A DNA stretch of 64,000 nt from Eledone cirrhosa (taxonomy: Eukaryota), in NCBI GenBank assembly GCA_964016885.1, contig OZ024741.1, positions 218,922,001 through 218,986,000 on the forward strand. Direction: 5' to 3'. This document shows positions 36,621-50,790 of the stretch, piece by piece (position 1 is the stretch's first letter; every line of letters begins with the position of its first letter). The notes under the pieces were generated by a model, which was not told where the DNA came from, did not search any database, and saw only the letters and a list, made by a program, of their open reading frames with translations. The position numbers and the translations under genes are program-made.

Positions 36621-39600
36621 ATATACATGTCCTCTGTTTCAGGTCGTCAAGCAATGAGCACAGAGCAAAGAACAAACTCCGTCAGAAGCACTGGGATTGC
36701 TGCAGCAAGTGTATCATCCCACTTTAGGGAGAGACATCGGAGCACTACGATACACAACAAGCTATGTAAAGATTCACCGCTAGCTTCACACCCCAGGGGC
36801 CTACAAAAAAAAACATGTTGGTGTGGCAAAGAAAATGATGTGTGTTTGATGCAAAATGTGTTATTCATACAGGCATATAATACAGTAAAACGAATAAAAA
36901 AAATAAAAAAATGACATTCATATATAGCCTGTAAAAAAAAAAAATATATATATATTTATATAATTGTTCTTTACAAAAGGTTTTCTCTTCATTATGGGAT
37001 CAGATTCTTGCTAGGAAGCTAATAGTATTGTCAGTTGTTGTTGTTGTTGGAGATTACGAAGCAAGTGGTGAAGTGTTTGGTAATTAATCGAAACATAAAA
37101 GCGAAGTCACTGTAAATATTCCGTAGAATGGAAGTTTGATGAATAATTTGAAAAAGTGAAGTTTTATTTATTGCTGTGAAAGTTGTTAATGCTGGCCATG
37201 TTGAAAAAAAAATATTGCGTGTTGCTTTCTTTTTTTTTTTAAATACCACTTCGTTTTTTTTTTGTTTTTTTTAAACGTCAGGGTCACCAATTTAACGAAG
37301 AGTATTAGTTAGTAATAGATGGTTATATGTGGTTATTAGAAATGATTATAACAAGAATAAATGATTTAGTTTATATATAATGGTTTACTTCACTTCAATC
37401 AAAAAGTACAATAACACAGTTACCAAGAGTTGAGAAGGTTGACAATGTTATTTTGTTGTTGATGTGATTACAGCGAGCGAGCAGATAAAATTTGTTGGTG
37501 GTTAAAGTTTGTAGTCGTCATAGTAGTTCTGGTCGTGAGTCTGAGACCATAGTGAGTGAGAGAGATTAATGGTCTGTAATTGATTGTAGACCACTGTGGC
37601 TTGTACATAGCGGTGAATCTTTCACATAGCGGGTCTGTAGTAGTAGGGCTCCGATCGCTCTGTATTTCTGTAGCCCCCTGAGATGTGAAGCTAGCGGTGA
37701 ATCTTTACATAGCTTGTTGTGTATCGTAGTGCTCCGATGTCTCTCCCTAAAGTGAGATGATACGGGCTTTATATACCTGTCATTTAGGGGATAGCCCACG
37801 CATGAACCTGTTCACACCAAAAGGGTGGTGACCTAGAATTTGACGTTTAGGTGTCACCCAAGGTTCAAGGCGCGGACAGACTTCGCTACAGATGTGTGAT
37901 GGGAGGAAACACACCCACAGAGTTGCCTACAATGTTTTCATAGGATTTTCGTATGTTTTCAACTAATCTGACATCCAGAACTGTCCCGGCTAAAGGAGGA
38001 GGGCGGACAATCCTCACGATGGACTCAGCTGATAGCTGGATCCGTCCCACACGCGACTGCAGGTGTTCGACATAAACCCACAAGTCAGCAATGCTCGGAC
38101 ACTGGACGAGTGCGTGCAGGATGGTTTCGTCGCCCTGCGCGCATCTCGGACATGCCCGGCTGACGGCACCTCCATGCCTGTAGAGTTTACCCCGAACTGG
38201 CAAAGCTCCTCGGTAGCACTGCCAGGCCAGGGATTTCTGGAAGTTGTCCATAGGCCCCGGCCCGAAAGTTCTTCCGAAGAGATTGGCTAGTTGATTTTCG
38301 TCGACGCCTAGAGTTTCCCCAAGTACACCGTCGCTCTTCCCCTCCACTAATCCTCTATAGAACGCCAAGGTGGAGTTTCCACCGATCACATTGCCCGATT
38401 GGTCGAGGGCTGTGAGCGCCTGAAGACATTCCAGTCTCCAAGCGCTCCCTCTCGGTCTTCGCTTGACCCAGGACTGCAGCTCCGCCAAGGAGACGAGCTG
38501 GGGAAAGACGCGTCTAGCAAACGGCGACCACACCTGATCACCGTCGAGGAAGAGGTGGAGATGTCGTAGCCTGAGCGCGTGTCTGCGCATCATCAGCCAC
38601 GGCATTCCCAGCCCTCCACGTAGCGGGTGTTGACAGCAGATGGACCGCCTGACCATCGGAGCGCGTCCCTTCCACAAAAAGCGAAAGAGCAAACGCTCCA
38701 GCGCAGTCAGGCGGGGCTTAGGACAAGGTACGACGGTCAGGCGGTAGCAGATGACAGACGCGATGTACGCGTTAGCCACCTCCGCTCGACCTTTCAGGCA
38801 TAGCTTCCTCTCGGCCCATTTCTGGGTGAGAGAAGCCACCCTGCTCGTCACCTCGTCCCAGTTTTTGTCCGTCTGGAGGTCCGGACCGAACCAGACCCCG
38901 AGCAATGTAACTGGTCCGTCCGTCCAGCGCCCGACGACGCTGTTGGATGGCATGGACCTGCCTCTCCAGGTGCCGAGCTGCAGGCCCACTGACTTTTCCT
39001 GGTTGATCATTGCTCCTGTCACCGCTTCGTATTCTTTTAGTGTAGTGACGATCGCCTCGATGTGTTTGGCGTTCGACACCACTACGGTGACATCGTCCGC
39101 ATACGCTGACACGGATCTTCCGCATCCTAGTTCGCGCGGGACCCCCCTCAACGTCTCCAGTTTGTGCAGTAATGGCTCGAGAGTCAATACGTACAAGAGG
39201 GACGAGAGGGGACATCCTTGGCGGACCGAGCGCATGATGTTGAACGGTTCCGAAAGGTGACCGTTCACTCTCACCATAGAGCAGATGTCGCTGTGCATGG
39301 CAGTGATCCAGCCTCTGAAGACGGGCCCAAAGCCAGCCGCCCTCAGGACTGCCGCTAGGTAACGATGGTCGACCCTATCGAAAGCTTTCGACTGATCTAA
39401 ATTGATCAAAGACCCACCCGTGCCAGGTTCCCTAGCTACCCTCTCTACGATGTATCGCATGAGGTGGAGGTTGTCGTGGATGGATCTGTCGGGAATGGCG
39501 CATGTTTGCGCCTCTCCCACCAGACCACCAACGACAAGCGCCAACCTCTTTGCTAGCACCTTGGCCAAAATCTTGAACTCTGTGTTTAGCAGAGTTATGG

Positions 39601-41049
39601 GCCTAAAATTATCTATGTTATCCCCCTTGTTCGGATCCTTTCTCAGCAGCGCCACAGCTCCTCGGCTCACAGAGCTGGGAATTCTCCCGTTCTGTTGCCA
39701 GTTGCAGTAGACGTCCGCCAAGAGGCCTCCGAACAAGTCTGGCATCTGTACGTAAAGTTCATAGGGCAGACCATACAAACCAGGCGATTTACCCCTTGTG
39801 CAGCTAGTCATTGCCTCCCGTACTTCAGCGGCTGTTATCGGCTTTTCGCAACACTCCGCCTCAGTGGCCGAGAGCTGCGGCAGTCCGTCGAGGTAGACAC
39901 TAAAGTCCATCCCTCGATCCGGCCCGCCGTTGCCCCTGAACAACTGAGCGAAGTGTCACTGAAAAGCTTCACACATTTGCCCGGGATCGAGTAGCATGCG
40001 CCCGTCGTGGTCCACCAAAGACCGGATCGTGGCTTTGTTGCCACGACGCTCCTGCGCCACTCGGGCCCATTGAACGGCTTTCGTTTCCTCGTGTCTGAGA
40101 GCACGCACCCTAGCTCTGACAACGCAGCCTTCGTGCTTTGCATTGAAGAATTGGTCAAGGGCCAATTTCGCCGCAAGTACGTCGGTCGCGATGCCTTTGC
40201 TAAGCGCCTCGTCTAATTTTCTAACTAATTCTCCCTCTGCTCTATTTTTCTCTATTGCTAAAGCCTTACTAAACCTAATTGACTCTATTCTAATTGCTCT
40301 TTTCAGAGCAAACCACTACTTGTTGCTGACGATGGCCCCCCGTCAACGCCCGCTTAACTAGTTCGCTAATCCGGTCTCTGTAGGCATTGCGCGCTGGTAA
40401 GGACGCGTTTAGCTTCCAGTATCCGGGTCCTCGTCTATGAAGCCTATCTAAGTCAAGCACACAGATCACGAATTTGTGGTCCGTGTAGCTGACTATCTTG
40501 AATTGTGGACAGCCTATGCTAGACCTATCTATTTCTCTACAAAATACTCTATCTAGATATGATCTGGATCAAAGGTTCTCAACGGGGGGATATATGCACC
40601 CCCAGGGGCGTTTCGGAAATCCAGGGGCGTTTGGGAGCAAGAGGGCATTAGGGGGTCGTTTGGAGCTTTGGAGTGCACTGGAAGGCTCTTTACTTTGGTA
40701 AGTTTTATAAGCCATATTTGTATGTCTTTGAGACAGCCAGTGTGAATGCACTTGAATGAGCATGCAGACAGCATAACTATGGTCTGACCGCAGGTGTGCA
40801 GGCGTGTTTAGACATTAACCGGCAATTGAGATCCTAACCATGGAAAAACCCACAGTCAACTGGGTCAAGGACACTTCAATCGCAGCCAGTTAGAATCTTG
40901 TCTTTCCTTCACCGATAACAATGTATTTCATGTCCGAAATTATTGACTCAACCGTAACGAGTTAACACTATGTAGATCTATTTTATTTCCTATTGTATAA
41001 ATAATATTACAAATAAAAAAAAATAATAAAAAAACACTGAAGCGGGTAG

Positions 41050-41360
41050 CACACACATCTAGGACCACATACAACACATTAGCAGGTAATACACACATCT
41101 AGGACTACATACAACACATAAGCAGGTAATAAACACATCTAGGACTACATGCAACACATAATCAGGTAATACAAACATCTAGGACCACATACAACACATA
41201 ATCAGGTAATACAAACATCTAGGACCACATACAACACATAATCAGGTAATACATACATCTAGGACCACATGCAATACATAAGCAGGTAATACATACATCT
41301 AGGACTATCTACAACACACAGGCAGGTAATACATACATCTAGGACCAAATACAACACACA
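41050..41360. repeat. 40-bp minisatellite, 8 copies, inside the hAT element
   Basis: AGGACCACATACAACACATAAGCAGGTAATACACACATCT at 41061, 41101 ... 41341. Confidence 0.9.
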
Positions 41361-41369
41361 TTGTATCAT

Positions 41370-42410
41370 GTGCTGCGGACGACGCTAGAGCAATGGTCGG
41401 CCAACATAAGGGTTTCGTCACTCTTCTGAAGAGAGAAAATCTATCTGTATTTGTTGTTCATTGTGTCATTCATAGACAACACTTGGCTGTGAAGAAACTC
41501 AGCAAGCCACTGAGCAAGTCCTTGCAGGTGGCCCTTGATGTCATCAATTTTATCAAACGGCATTCCCTCAATGAACGAATTTTCCGGCAACTGTGCCAAG
41601 ATAATGACGAAGAATTCGTCAAGTTGTTCCTTCATAATGAAGTGAGGTGGCTTTCAAAGGGCAAGTGCCTTACTCACTTCTTTGCACTGTTTGATTCTAT
41701 TATTGAGTTTCTGCGAGGACGCAACACAGAACTGTACAAGAAAACCCTCGATGTGAGGCAAAACTGCGCCTACCCCACCGACATCGTCGACAAATGCAAT
41801 AGCGTCATTTTGGCTTTGCAGGGGAAGAATATCACCTTGCTTAAAGCAAGGAATGCTGTGAAAACATTCCTGGCCAAATTGAATGTCATCGAAAGGAATC
41901 TTTGTTGACGGGAATTCTATAATTTTCCTAGTGTCGCCAATGTTCAAAACATTGTAAGCGATGACCAACTCCAAATTTATACCGCTCACCTCCGTGCGCT
42001 ACAAGAAAACACGAGAGAACGGTTTGTCGACCTATTGCCGATGGTCATCCCAATGTGGGTAGCAGATCCCTTCACAGCTTGGACGTTATATTTCAGGAAG
42101 AATTCATTGAGCTTCAAGCAGATGACATGATCAAAATTAGATTTCCCAAAATAGGTGAACCCCTTTTTTGGATGCAAGAGGAAATTCAGCGTCGATTTCC
42201 ACACCTACGTGCAGAGGCTAAGATATTTGCTTTCCCTTTTCCAAGCTCATACTTAGTCAAGAGGAGTTTTGGTGCTGTTTCCAGACTACACAGTAAGGCT
42301 CGCAACCGCTACAATGTAATTACATGTGGAGGTCTCCGGCTACATCGTACGAAAATCTAGCCTGACGTCAAAGAGTTAGCTAGACTCCATAAAGTTCAAG
42401 GGTCCCATTG
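41370..42410 (+). pseudogene. hAT transposase C-terminal remnant
   Basis: VHCVIHRQHL, HNEVRWLSKG, FPSSYLVKRSF; stops and frameshifts. Confidence 0.88.
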
Positions 42411-45400
42411 AAATGAGGTCAAAGTTAAAGTAAGTTGATTTATCCGAAAACTTGGATATGTTATTGTCACAAAGCAAACTAACAATTTTTTTTATTTGTA
42501 GTTGCAGTCTGACTGGACTGGAAACCATCTACTACAATTCACTTACTCATTTGTTGTATATATTTTACAATTTACTAATAAATATACCCTCCCGCGTGGT
42601 CATGAAAACCCTCTTCCGTGATCTCTAATCTCACAAAGCAGAGAGGACATCAAGTTAGATATCAACATTTATTTTGTCTGTTTCATTAAAAAGAAAATTG
42701 GAAAGCTTTGAAATGATATAATTGCCACTTTCTTCCAGATAAGAGCACTCTATGGATAGACAGAGTTGCTCTTGTATAAATGTTCAAAATAGTTGGTATC
42801 GCCTGGTGGCAATATAACAAATTCAACTGGTCTTTATTCATAAAAAAGAACATTTATGTTCCTTGTTTTGAAATTTATATATTTCCTTTCAAGGAACGTA
42901 TTTATACTCTCAGCTGCCTACGATGGTATCTTTGGAATATTGTTAATCAATTTTTTAGTAATCTACAGATATCAAAATCAGTAGTATATTGAAAAATGGA
43001 AAAATAGGGTAAGGGGGCGTTTCGTGATTTCGAGGGATAAAAGGGGGCGTTTGGCCTAAATGGGTTGAGAACCTGTGATCTGGATGACCCTATGCGATTT
43101 GTCCAAGTCCACATTGGCACATTCGGGAAATCCAATCGGTACCTCTCAGACAGTTGAAAACACCTGAGCAGGTTGGTGAGGCTCTTGCACCCTCCTCCCC
43201 TATCCGCTAATCCCACACAGTCCCAGCGTGCATCTAAGATCCCGTTCCAGTCGCCCACTAACACTAAAGAGCGGGACGTTCCAAGAAAGGTCTCCAGACG
43301 CCGGAAGAAATCAGGCCGCCCTGCTGCTGTCGGGGCATAGACGGCCACTAGCCTGAAAGCTTTCCCGTCTCCGCTGGTCACGTCTAGCACCACCAACTTA
43401 CCTTCTGGGTCCAGGAAGATGGCGCGTATGGCGAAATCCAAACCTCTCCGAAAAAGCACAGCAACTCCCCCCCCCCCCGATCCCGGGCGGTTGGGAGATA
43501 CGTACACATCGTAGCCGCCGAAGATCGGTGCGAAGGCCCGTGCTTCGGAGATTCTGGTCTCGCTAATGGCCACTACATCTATGTTTAGTGACCTGAGGTC
43601 GTTGAGCAGGTGGCCCTGCTTCCATGACGACCGCAAGCCACGCGCATTTATGCTGCCTATTCTGAGTGAGGTCATGTTGAAATGGAGTGGGGAAGATGGG
43701 AAAGACCACTTACCTTACTTCTCGTAGAGGAAGGATGGTTTGTTCATCCTTTTCACTGCTTGTGGCCTCCTCCGCAAGGATGTCCTTATAAATCCTCCTG
43801 GAGAGTGTTTGTCGGAAGTCTCCGATGTCTTTGGGGAATTTTTGTTTTAGTGTCGTGTGCGTTTTCTGTGTGATGCGAGTGATTTGTATGTGTGGAGGTG
43901 GTGTGAACTTTTGGGTTGTTGTGTAGTCTTTTTCTGTGATGCTGGTGTTGTGTTGCATGTAGTGTAATAATTGGTTGTTGTTCAAATTTAATGCTGTGTA
44001 GTGTGTATCGTTTTGGTTGTTTTGTTTTGTTTGCGTTTGTTGTGGGTTTATTTCTGTTACGCTTTTTGGTGACTTTTGTGGTGTTGGTGAAGGTGGTGTT
44101 GGGGTTAATGATGGTGATGGTGTTGGTGTTTGTGGTGATGGGGTTGGTGATGCTGGTGTGGATGGTGGCATATCTGTCTTAACTTTCTTGTTCGATAATT
44201 TATTTGTTTGCCTCTGTATTTTGTTTTTTGAGGGGGAAGGAAAAGAATTTTTTTCTTTTTTGGTTTCTTTTTTTTTTTCTTTTTTCCTGATACCGTTTCC
44301 CACTCCTCGTCGTCACAATCTGTCTCCAGTTGCGATAAGCCGGGGAGTGGAAAATCCTCCACAGGCGTTGGTTTGGGTTGTGGCGTGGTGGATGGTGTAG
44401 GCGCTGGTGCTAGTTCTGGGGCGTTGGGTGGTGGTGGTGTTGGTTTTGCTACTGTTGCTGGGGTTGTTGCTGTTACAGTTGCTTCTGTTGTTGCTGCTAC
44501 AGTTGTTGCTGCTATTTCTGCTGCTGGTGGTGTTGATGGTTGAGTCACTGGGGTGGGTAAGAGAGGTGGCCTCAACCTTTTAGCCTGAGGGCAGAAAGCC
44601 CTTAGGTGGGTTCCTTCACCACAAACGACGCACCTAGGTCTTCTTCCCTCGACGATTACGGTGAGGTGGCTGCCGTCAGTGAGGTCTATTACCTCTGGGA
44701 TCTCCTCAATGCTTTTATGGTCCGCTTGGATCAGGAGCTCCATCCCAGATCCGGACCAGTTCTCCTGCTTTTCTTTTGCTATTTCTATTATTTTGGTGTT
44801 GGCCTCGATGCCGGCGAGGACGGCAGCCATTAGCCAGGGAATTTCGATGGCCGGTGGAACGTGGGTCACCCTGATCTTCACAAGTCTCTGGACACAATAG
44901 CTTGGGTTGAGTGTGAAGTCGTCACTTCTTAATGGGGCCATGGAGTGTTCTCTGGCCTCCTGTGGTGTTTCAAATAACACGTCCACGGTTCCATACTTCT
45001 GCCCACGTCTGATGTGGGGTTTTTTTGCCCACACATGTCCCAAAGCTTTTTGGATTTGGGACTCAGATGCCCGTTCCACTCGGCGCGATTTTATGTTTAT
45101 TGTCCGATTATTCACGGTGCATAGGCGACGTTGCTCCATTTTATTAGGTGGGAGGGGGTGGGTGGGTGAGACTGACCCTGTACCCATCTTTCTTTACTAT
45201 TCCTTTGGCTTCGTCTAATTCTTCCTGAGTTACCTGGATCGCTTCGCACGTTTTTGCTACTCTGGCAAAACTCAGGGTAGTTTTCTTAATTTCATTGTTG
45301 CTGTTGTTATTATCGTTATTTTTGCTATTGTTAATTTTAGTTTCAGTTGTGGTGGTGGTGGCGTCAGTGGTGTTCGGTGTGGAAGAGTTCATTTTGGTTG

Positions 45401-45896
45401 AATTCATTTCGATATCATGAGTTAATTTATTTTTTCTTTTGTTTCTGTTGTCGCTGTGGTGGTGGTGGAGGGGGGGGGGTTGTCGCGGCGGTGGTGGTGG
45501 TGGTGGCGGCTTTAACACCTGCAGTCATTGGTAATGGCGGGAAATGAACGTCTGCCTGAGACAAATTTAAAATATTGCTACTGCTTACAATTCCAGTGTT
45601 GGCAAACATAGCAATATTTACAATGGCGGTGTCGGTGTGAGGTGTTGGATTGTGAGGAAGGAGTGACTCTGAGTAATCCATTATTTTTCAAAGAAAAATT
45701 TTTGTTTGATAATTATAAAAAGTTTAAATTTTGGGCTCAAGGCCCCAATATTTTTGAGTGTCCTTTTCAGAAATCAATGTATGTGTACTTATATACAGTT
45801 AACAATAAAAATTTTCCATGAATGGCAATTTTAAATAACTGAAAATAACAAACCTTTGCGGAGCTCACGATGATACGATTTACTACGTAGGTTGCC

Positions 45897-45897
<1 letters not shown>

Positions 45898-45949
<52 letters not shown>

Positions 45950-48300
45950 AGTTATTGTGTACAGTGCTCAGGTGCACTACAACTCATCAAACGTGCATGC
46001 ATAGTGCATAGAATAATGTACAAATGTCAGGAAAATGAACAGTGTATGAGTCGTGATATACATGTGTGCATGTGTATGGAGGGGGGTGGGTAACAGGTAT
46101 AGTGTTGGCGAATTTCAGGAACCATGGAAGTTTTAAAGTATGCAGTGTCTCGACAGCTAATAACTGATGCAGGTAGTTTGTTCCATGCTTCAGTAACTCT
46201 AAGCGTGAAAAATGTTTTCCGAAAGTCATGGGAACTGTGCTGTTTTCTGACATTGTAGGCATGTCCGCGTGTGTTAGACACATGGAAATCAAAAAGGTGT
46301 TCAGGGTTGTTGTTTTCGCTTGGCTGCACGTCTCTGAACAGTTTCCAGGAGGTCAATGTTCTGAGCAAGATAGGGGTTCCAGACTGGTGATGCAAATTCT
46401 AAGTGTAGCCGCACCATAGCTATATACAGCTTTAAATAGATAGCTGGAGAGCTGCTGACAAAGCTCTTGCTGAGTGATGCTAAGACACCCTCGGCCTTCT
46501 TGACAATTTTAGAGACATGCTTCGTCCAACGGAAATCGCTGCTGACTTCTTGATATTAGAGTTGTGTGTGTGGGAGGGGGGGGGAGTATGTGGACGCTGG
46601 GTTTTTCCTCCCCAAATGCATGGTGGTACACTTGTCCACAGCCAGCTTGAGCTGCCAGTCCGTGATACATTGCTGCATTATATCCAGGTCTGATTGCAGG
46701 AAAGATCTACAGTGTTCAGGATCTGTCCTTTTTATCTCAAGGTACAGCTTGATGTCATCTGCATATTTCAGTACTGTGGCATTCTGTAACTTGGCATCTA
46801 TGTCATTAATATATGCAACAAACAAAAGGGGACCAAGAACAGATCCTTGTGGTACACCAGATGACATCTCATATGGTGAGGAATGCTGTCCTAGAACCGT
46901 GACTACCTCTCTTTGACTGAGAATGAAGGACTTTAACCAGTTAAAAAGATCATCCTTCACACCCATTGCAGAGAGTTTTGCCACAAGTCTTTTGTGTGGC
47001 ACAGAATTAAAAGCTTTCGCAAAGTCAAGGCAAAATACATCCACTCATGAGCCGCCATCAGTAATCCGGGTGATGTCTTCAAGAAACTCGATAAGTTGAT
47101 CACAGCAGCTGGAGTTATGGATAAATCCAAATTGCGAGGGTCGGATAAGACTGTGAGAATTCCAGAGGTTCCAAAGTGTTTCTCTGACACAGGATTCCAT
47201 CAGTTTGGCAATGCAACTAGTAAGACTGACTGGACGATAGTTGACAGATGATGTGCGGTCACCCTTTTTGAACAGAGGAATGACACTGGCAGTTTTCCAT
47301 TGCTCTGGAGTAGCACCGTTGTTAAGACACAATTGAAAGAAGAGTGAAAGCTGGCGCAGAAGGAAGTACCCACCACATTTGAGAAGCAGGTACGTAACAC
47401 CATCAATACCAGGAGAGGCATGGTTGCGTTTATTCTTAAGGTGACGTCGCAGCATTGCAGGTGTAAATTCCATAGTTGTTATAGAATTTGATGTCAGGGG
47501 TGGTGCGGGATGGTACACTTAGGTCTTCAACAGTGAACATGCCTGCATAACATTTAGCATTGAGTTCTGCGCATTCCTTGGGGTCGTCAATAAGCTGGCT
47601 TGTGTGGGGATTGCGAAGTGGATCCACTGGAGAGTGAGGCCTCTGGTTTGAGTGAACATACTTCCAGAATACCTTACTGTCAGGGTTGGTTGTTATGCGC
47701 TGCTCAAATTCAAGCACTGCCTTTTTTGTCACCTGCTTGAGATGGTTGGATGATTTATTTCCCTTTTTCCTATTGATTTATGCAGTTTGTACTCACGTTC
47801 AGCATTACGACGTTCTTTCCTGGCAAGACGGACTACTGCAGTCTTCCAAATTGCACTTTTGGGATGTTTTTTCTGCTTACATGGCACTGATGTTGCACAT
47901 GCTGTCCATATTAAGTTCAGGATGTTCTGAAGTATAGTGTTCACATCTCCAGAGTCGTAAAATTCAAGCCAGTTTGGGCGTTGCAGCTCGGTGCAGTAAC
48001 AGTTCCAGTCTGCTTTATTCTAGTCAAAGTGAACAGTTTGGAGATGGTTGTGGTTTTTGTTACTGCCCATGAGGGGCAAATTGGCAATGATCATAGAATG
48101 ATCAGAGTCACCTAAAGGTTTCTCAGTAGTAACACTAATAACTGTTTCAGGAATGGTGGTGAAGAGTAGATCCAAAGTATTGTCACCTTTTGTTGGGGAG
48201 GTGACTACTTGGGACCAGCACTAGCTCAAGGAAATCATTTGCACTTTGCGGCCAACGAAAGGTTTCCCAATCAATCTCAGGATGATTGAAGTCCTCTGCA
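45898..48300 (-). mobile_element. CR1-group LINE, 5'-truncated and degraded, with (TTA)n tail
   Basis: EN tail (PTKGDNTLDL, SDHS), NYRPVSLT, DFAKAFNSVPH, SGVPQGSVLGPLLF, KYADDIK; 3' end matches 9683-11181. Confidence 0.9.
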
Positions 48301-48362
48301 ATAAAAACATAAGTGGCTGTTTTCCTGGCAGCAGCTTTGAGAATATCACAAAGCTGTGTGAT

Positions 48363-48620
48363 ATGTCAGAGAAATGTATGAACATCACAACATCCCCCTT
48401 TACCTCTCCCCACCACCACCAACAGAGTTTTTATGTGTGTAATAAGACATTTGATATTGTTTAATAATGTAATTTATTGTAAATAATACTTATTTAACCA
48501 TTCCACACCAACTTTAGAAACTATATAGTTGGTTATGATAAGACACAGCAATAACAACAATAACAAGAACAGCGACATCACTACCAATAACACCAACAGC
48601 AATAACAACAACAACAGTGA
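48363..48620. repeat. inverted duplicate of ~25900-26180
   Basis: Near-identical TTATGTGTGTAATAAGACATTTGATATTG...GGTTATGATAAGACACAGCAATAAC on the opposite strand. Confidence 0.85.
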
Positions 48621-49271
48621 CACCACCAACAACAACACCAACACCAACCACAACAACACCAACCACAACACCACCAACACCACAACACCACCAACACCAC
48701 AACACCACCAACACCAACCACAACAACACCACCAATACCACCAACACCAACAACACCAACACCAACCACAATACCACCACCAACACCAACCACAACACCA
48801 CCAACACCAACCACCACAACACCACCAATACCACCAACACCAACAACACCAACAACACCAACACCAACCACAATACCACCACCAACACCAACCACAACAC
48901 CACCAACACTAACCACAACAACACCACCAATACCACCAACACCAACAACACCAACCTCAACAACAACACCAACCTCAACAACACCAACCTCAACAACAAC
49001 ACCAACAACACCAACCTCAACAACACCACCAACACCACAACAACACCAACCTCAACAACAACACCAACAACACCAACCTCAACAACAACACCAACACCAC
49101 AACAACACCAACCTCAACAACAACACCAACCACCACAACAACACCACCAACAACACCAACAACAACAACACCAACAACAACACTAACAACAACACCAACA
49201 ACACCAACAACACCAACAACACCAACTATACCAACAACAACACCAACACCAACAACAACACCTACAGCACC

Positions 49272-49308
<37 letters not shown>

Positions 49309-49391
49309 CCTACCACACCAACAACACCAACACCACCACCACCAACTATACCAACAACAACACCAACACCAACAACAACACCTACAGCACC

Positions 49392-49434
<43 letters not shown>

Positions 49435-49570
49435 CCACCTACCACACCAACAACACCAACAACACCAACACCACCACCACCAACTATGCCAACAACAACA
49501 CCAACACCAACAACAACAACAACAACAACACCAACAACAACAATACCAACAACAACAATACCAACAACAC
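48620..49570. repeat. (AAC/ACC)n compound microsatellite
   Basis: Direct reading. Confidence 0.9.
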
Positions 49571-49679
49571 TGACACATGGGTAGACATGAAATACATTAA
49601 CCTATATATAAACTAATCCATTAGATTTGTTGTGAGAGCACGTGACTTCTCCATATATATATATATATATATATGAGGG

Positions 49680-49960
49680 GGAGTGAGAGGACACTGTGAA
49701 ACTGTAGTGGTGGGGGGAGGGTGGACATGGTGAAACTGTAGTGGTGGGTGGAAGGGGAGGACATTGTGAAACTGGAATAGTGGGGGAAGGGGAGAGTGGG
49801 TGACATTGTGAAACTAGTGTGGTGGGGGAGGGTGGGAGGACATTGCGAAACTGTAGTGGTGGAAGGAGGAGGAGGGGAGGAGATTGTGAAACTAGTATGG
49901 TGGGAGGAGTGAGAAGACATTGTGAAACTGTAGTGTAGGGAGGAGGGGGAGGAAGACAGT
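49680..49960 (+). repeat. ~35-40-bp G-rich degenerate minisatellite, about 7-8 copies
   Basis: GGACATTGTGAAACTGTAGTGGTGGGGGGAGGGT. Confidence 0.8.
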
Positions 49961-49989
49961 GATAACAATGTTAGACGGGTGCACACGTC

Positions 49990-50790
49990 GTCTACGTCTG
50001 TGTATGTGTGTCTACGTCTGTGTATGTGTGTCTACGTCTGTGTATGTGTTTAGGTCTGTGTATGTGTTTAGGTCTGTGTATGTGTGTCTACGTCTGTGTA
50101 TGTGTTTAGGTCTGTGTATGTGTCTACGTCTGTGTATGTGTCTACGTCTGTGTATGTGTGTCTACGTCTGTGTATGTGTTTAGGTCTGTGTATGTGTCTA
50201 CGTCTGTGTATGTGTGTCTACGTCTGTGTATGTGTCTACGTCTGTGTATGTGTGTCTACGTCTGTGTATGTGTTTAGGTCTGTGTATGTGTGTCTACGTC
50301 TGTGTATGTGTGTCTACGTCTGTGTATGTGTCTACGTCTGTGTATGTGTGTCTACGTCTGTGTATGTGTTTAGGTCTGTGTATGTGTGTCTACGTCTGTG
50401 TATGTGTGTTTACGTCTGTGTATGTGTCTACGTCTGTGTATGTGTGTCTACGTCTGTGTATGTGTTTAGGTCTGTGTATGTGTGTCTACGTCTGTGTATG
50501 TGTTTAGGTCTGTGTATGTGTCTACGTCTGTGTATGTGTGTCTACGTCTGTGTATGTGTTTAGGTCTGTGTATGTGTCTACGTCTGTGTATGTGTTTAGG
50601 TCTGTGTATGTGTCTACGTCTGTGTATGTGTGTCTACGTCTGTGTATGTGTTTAGGTCTGTGTATGTGTCTACGTCTGTGTATGTGTCTACGTCTGTGTA
50701 TGTGTTTAGGTCTGTGTATGTGTTTAGGTATGTGTATGTGTCTACGTCTGTGTATGTGTCTACGTCTGTGTATGTGTTTAGATCTGTGTA
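49990..50790. repeat. 18/20-bp two-variant satellite
   Basis: CTACGTCTGTGTATGTGT(GT) alternating with TTAGGTCTGTGTATGTGT. Confidence 0.9.

Larger units (their letters stand above)
40570..43077 (+). mobile_element. hAT (Charlie/Buster-like) DNA transposon, defective
   Basis: TIRs CAAAGGTTCTCAAC / GTTGAGAACCTGTG; 8-bp TSD ATCTGGAT at 40562-40569 and 43078-43085. Confidence 0.93.
37886..45897 (-). mobile_element. near full-length Tx1-clade LINE, frameshifted and interrupted by a hAT element
   Basis: ORF1 pieces 45681-43700 with CVVCGEGTHLRAFC; ORF2 EN from 43675; RT 39943-37886 (NFRPITLLN, DQSKAFDRV, VRQGCPLS, AYADDV) and C-terminal CPRC..ETILH..C; 5' end abuts (AAT)n. Confidence 0.9.
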
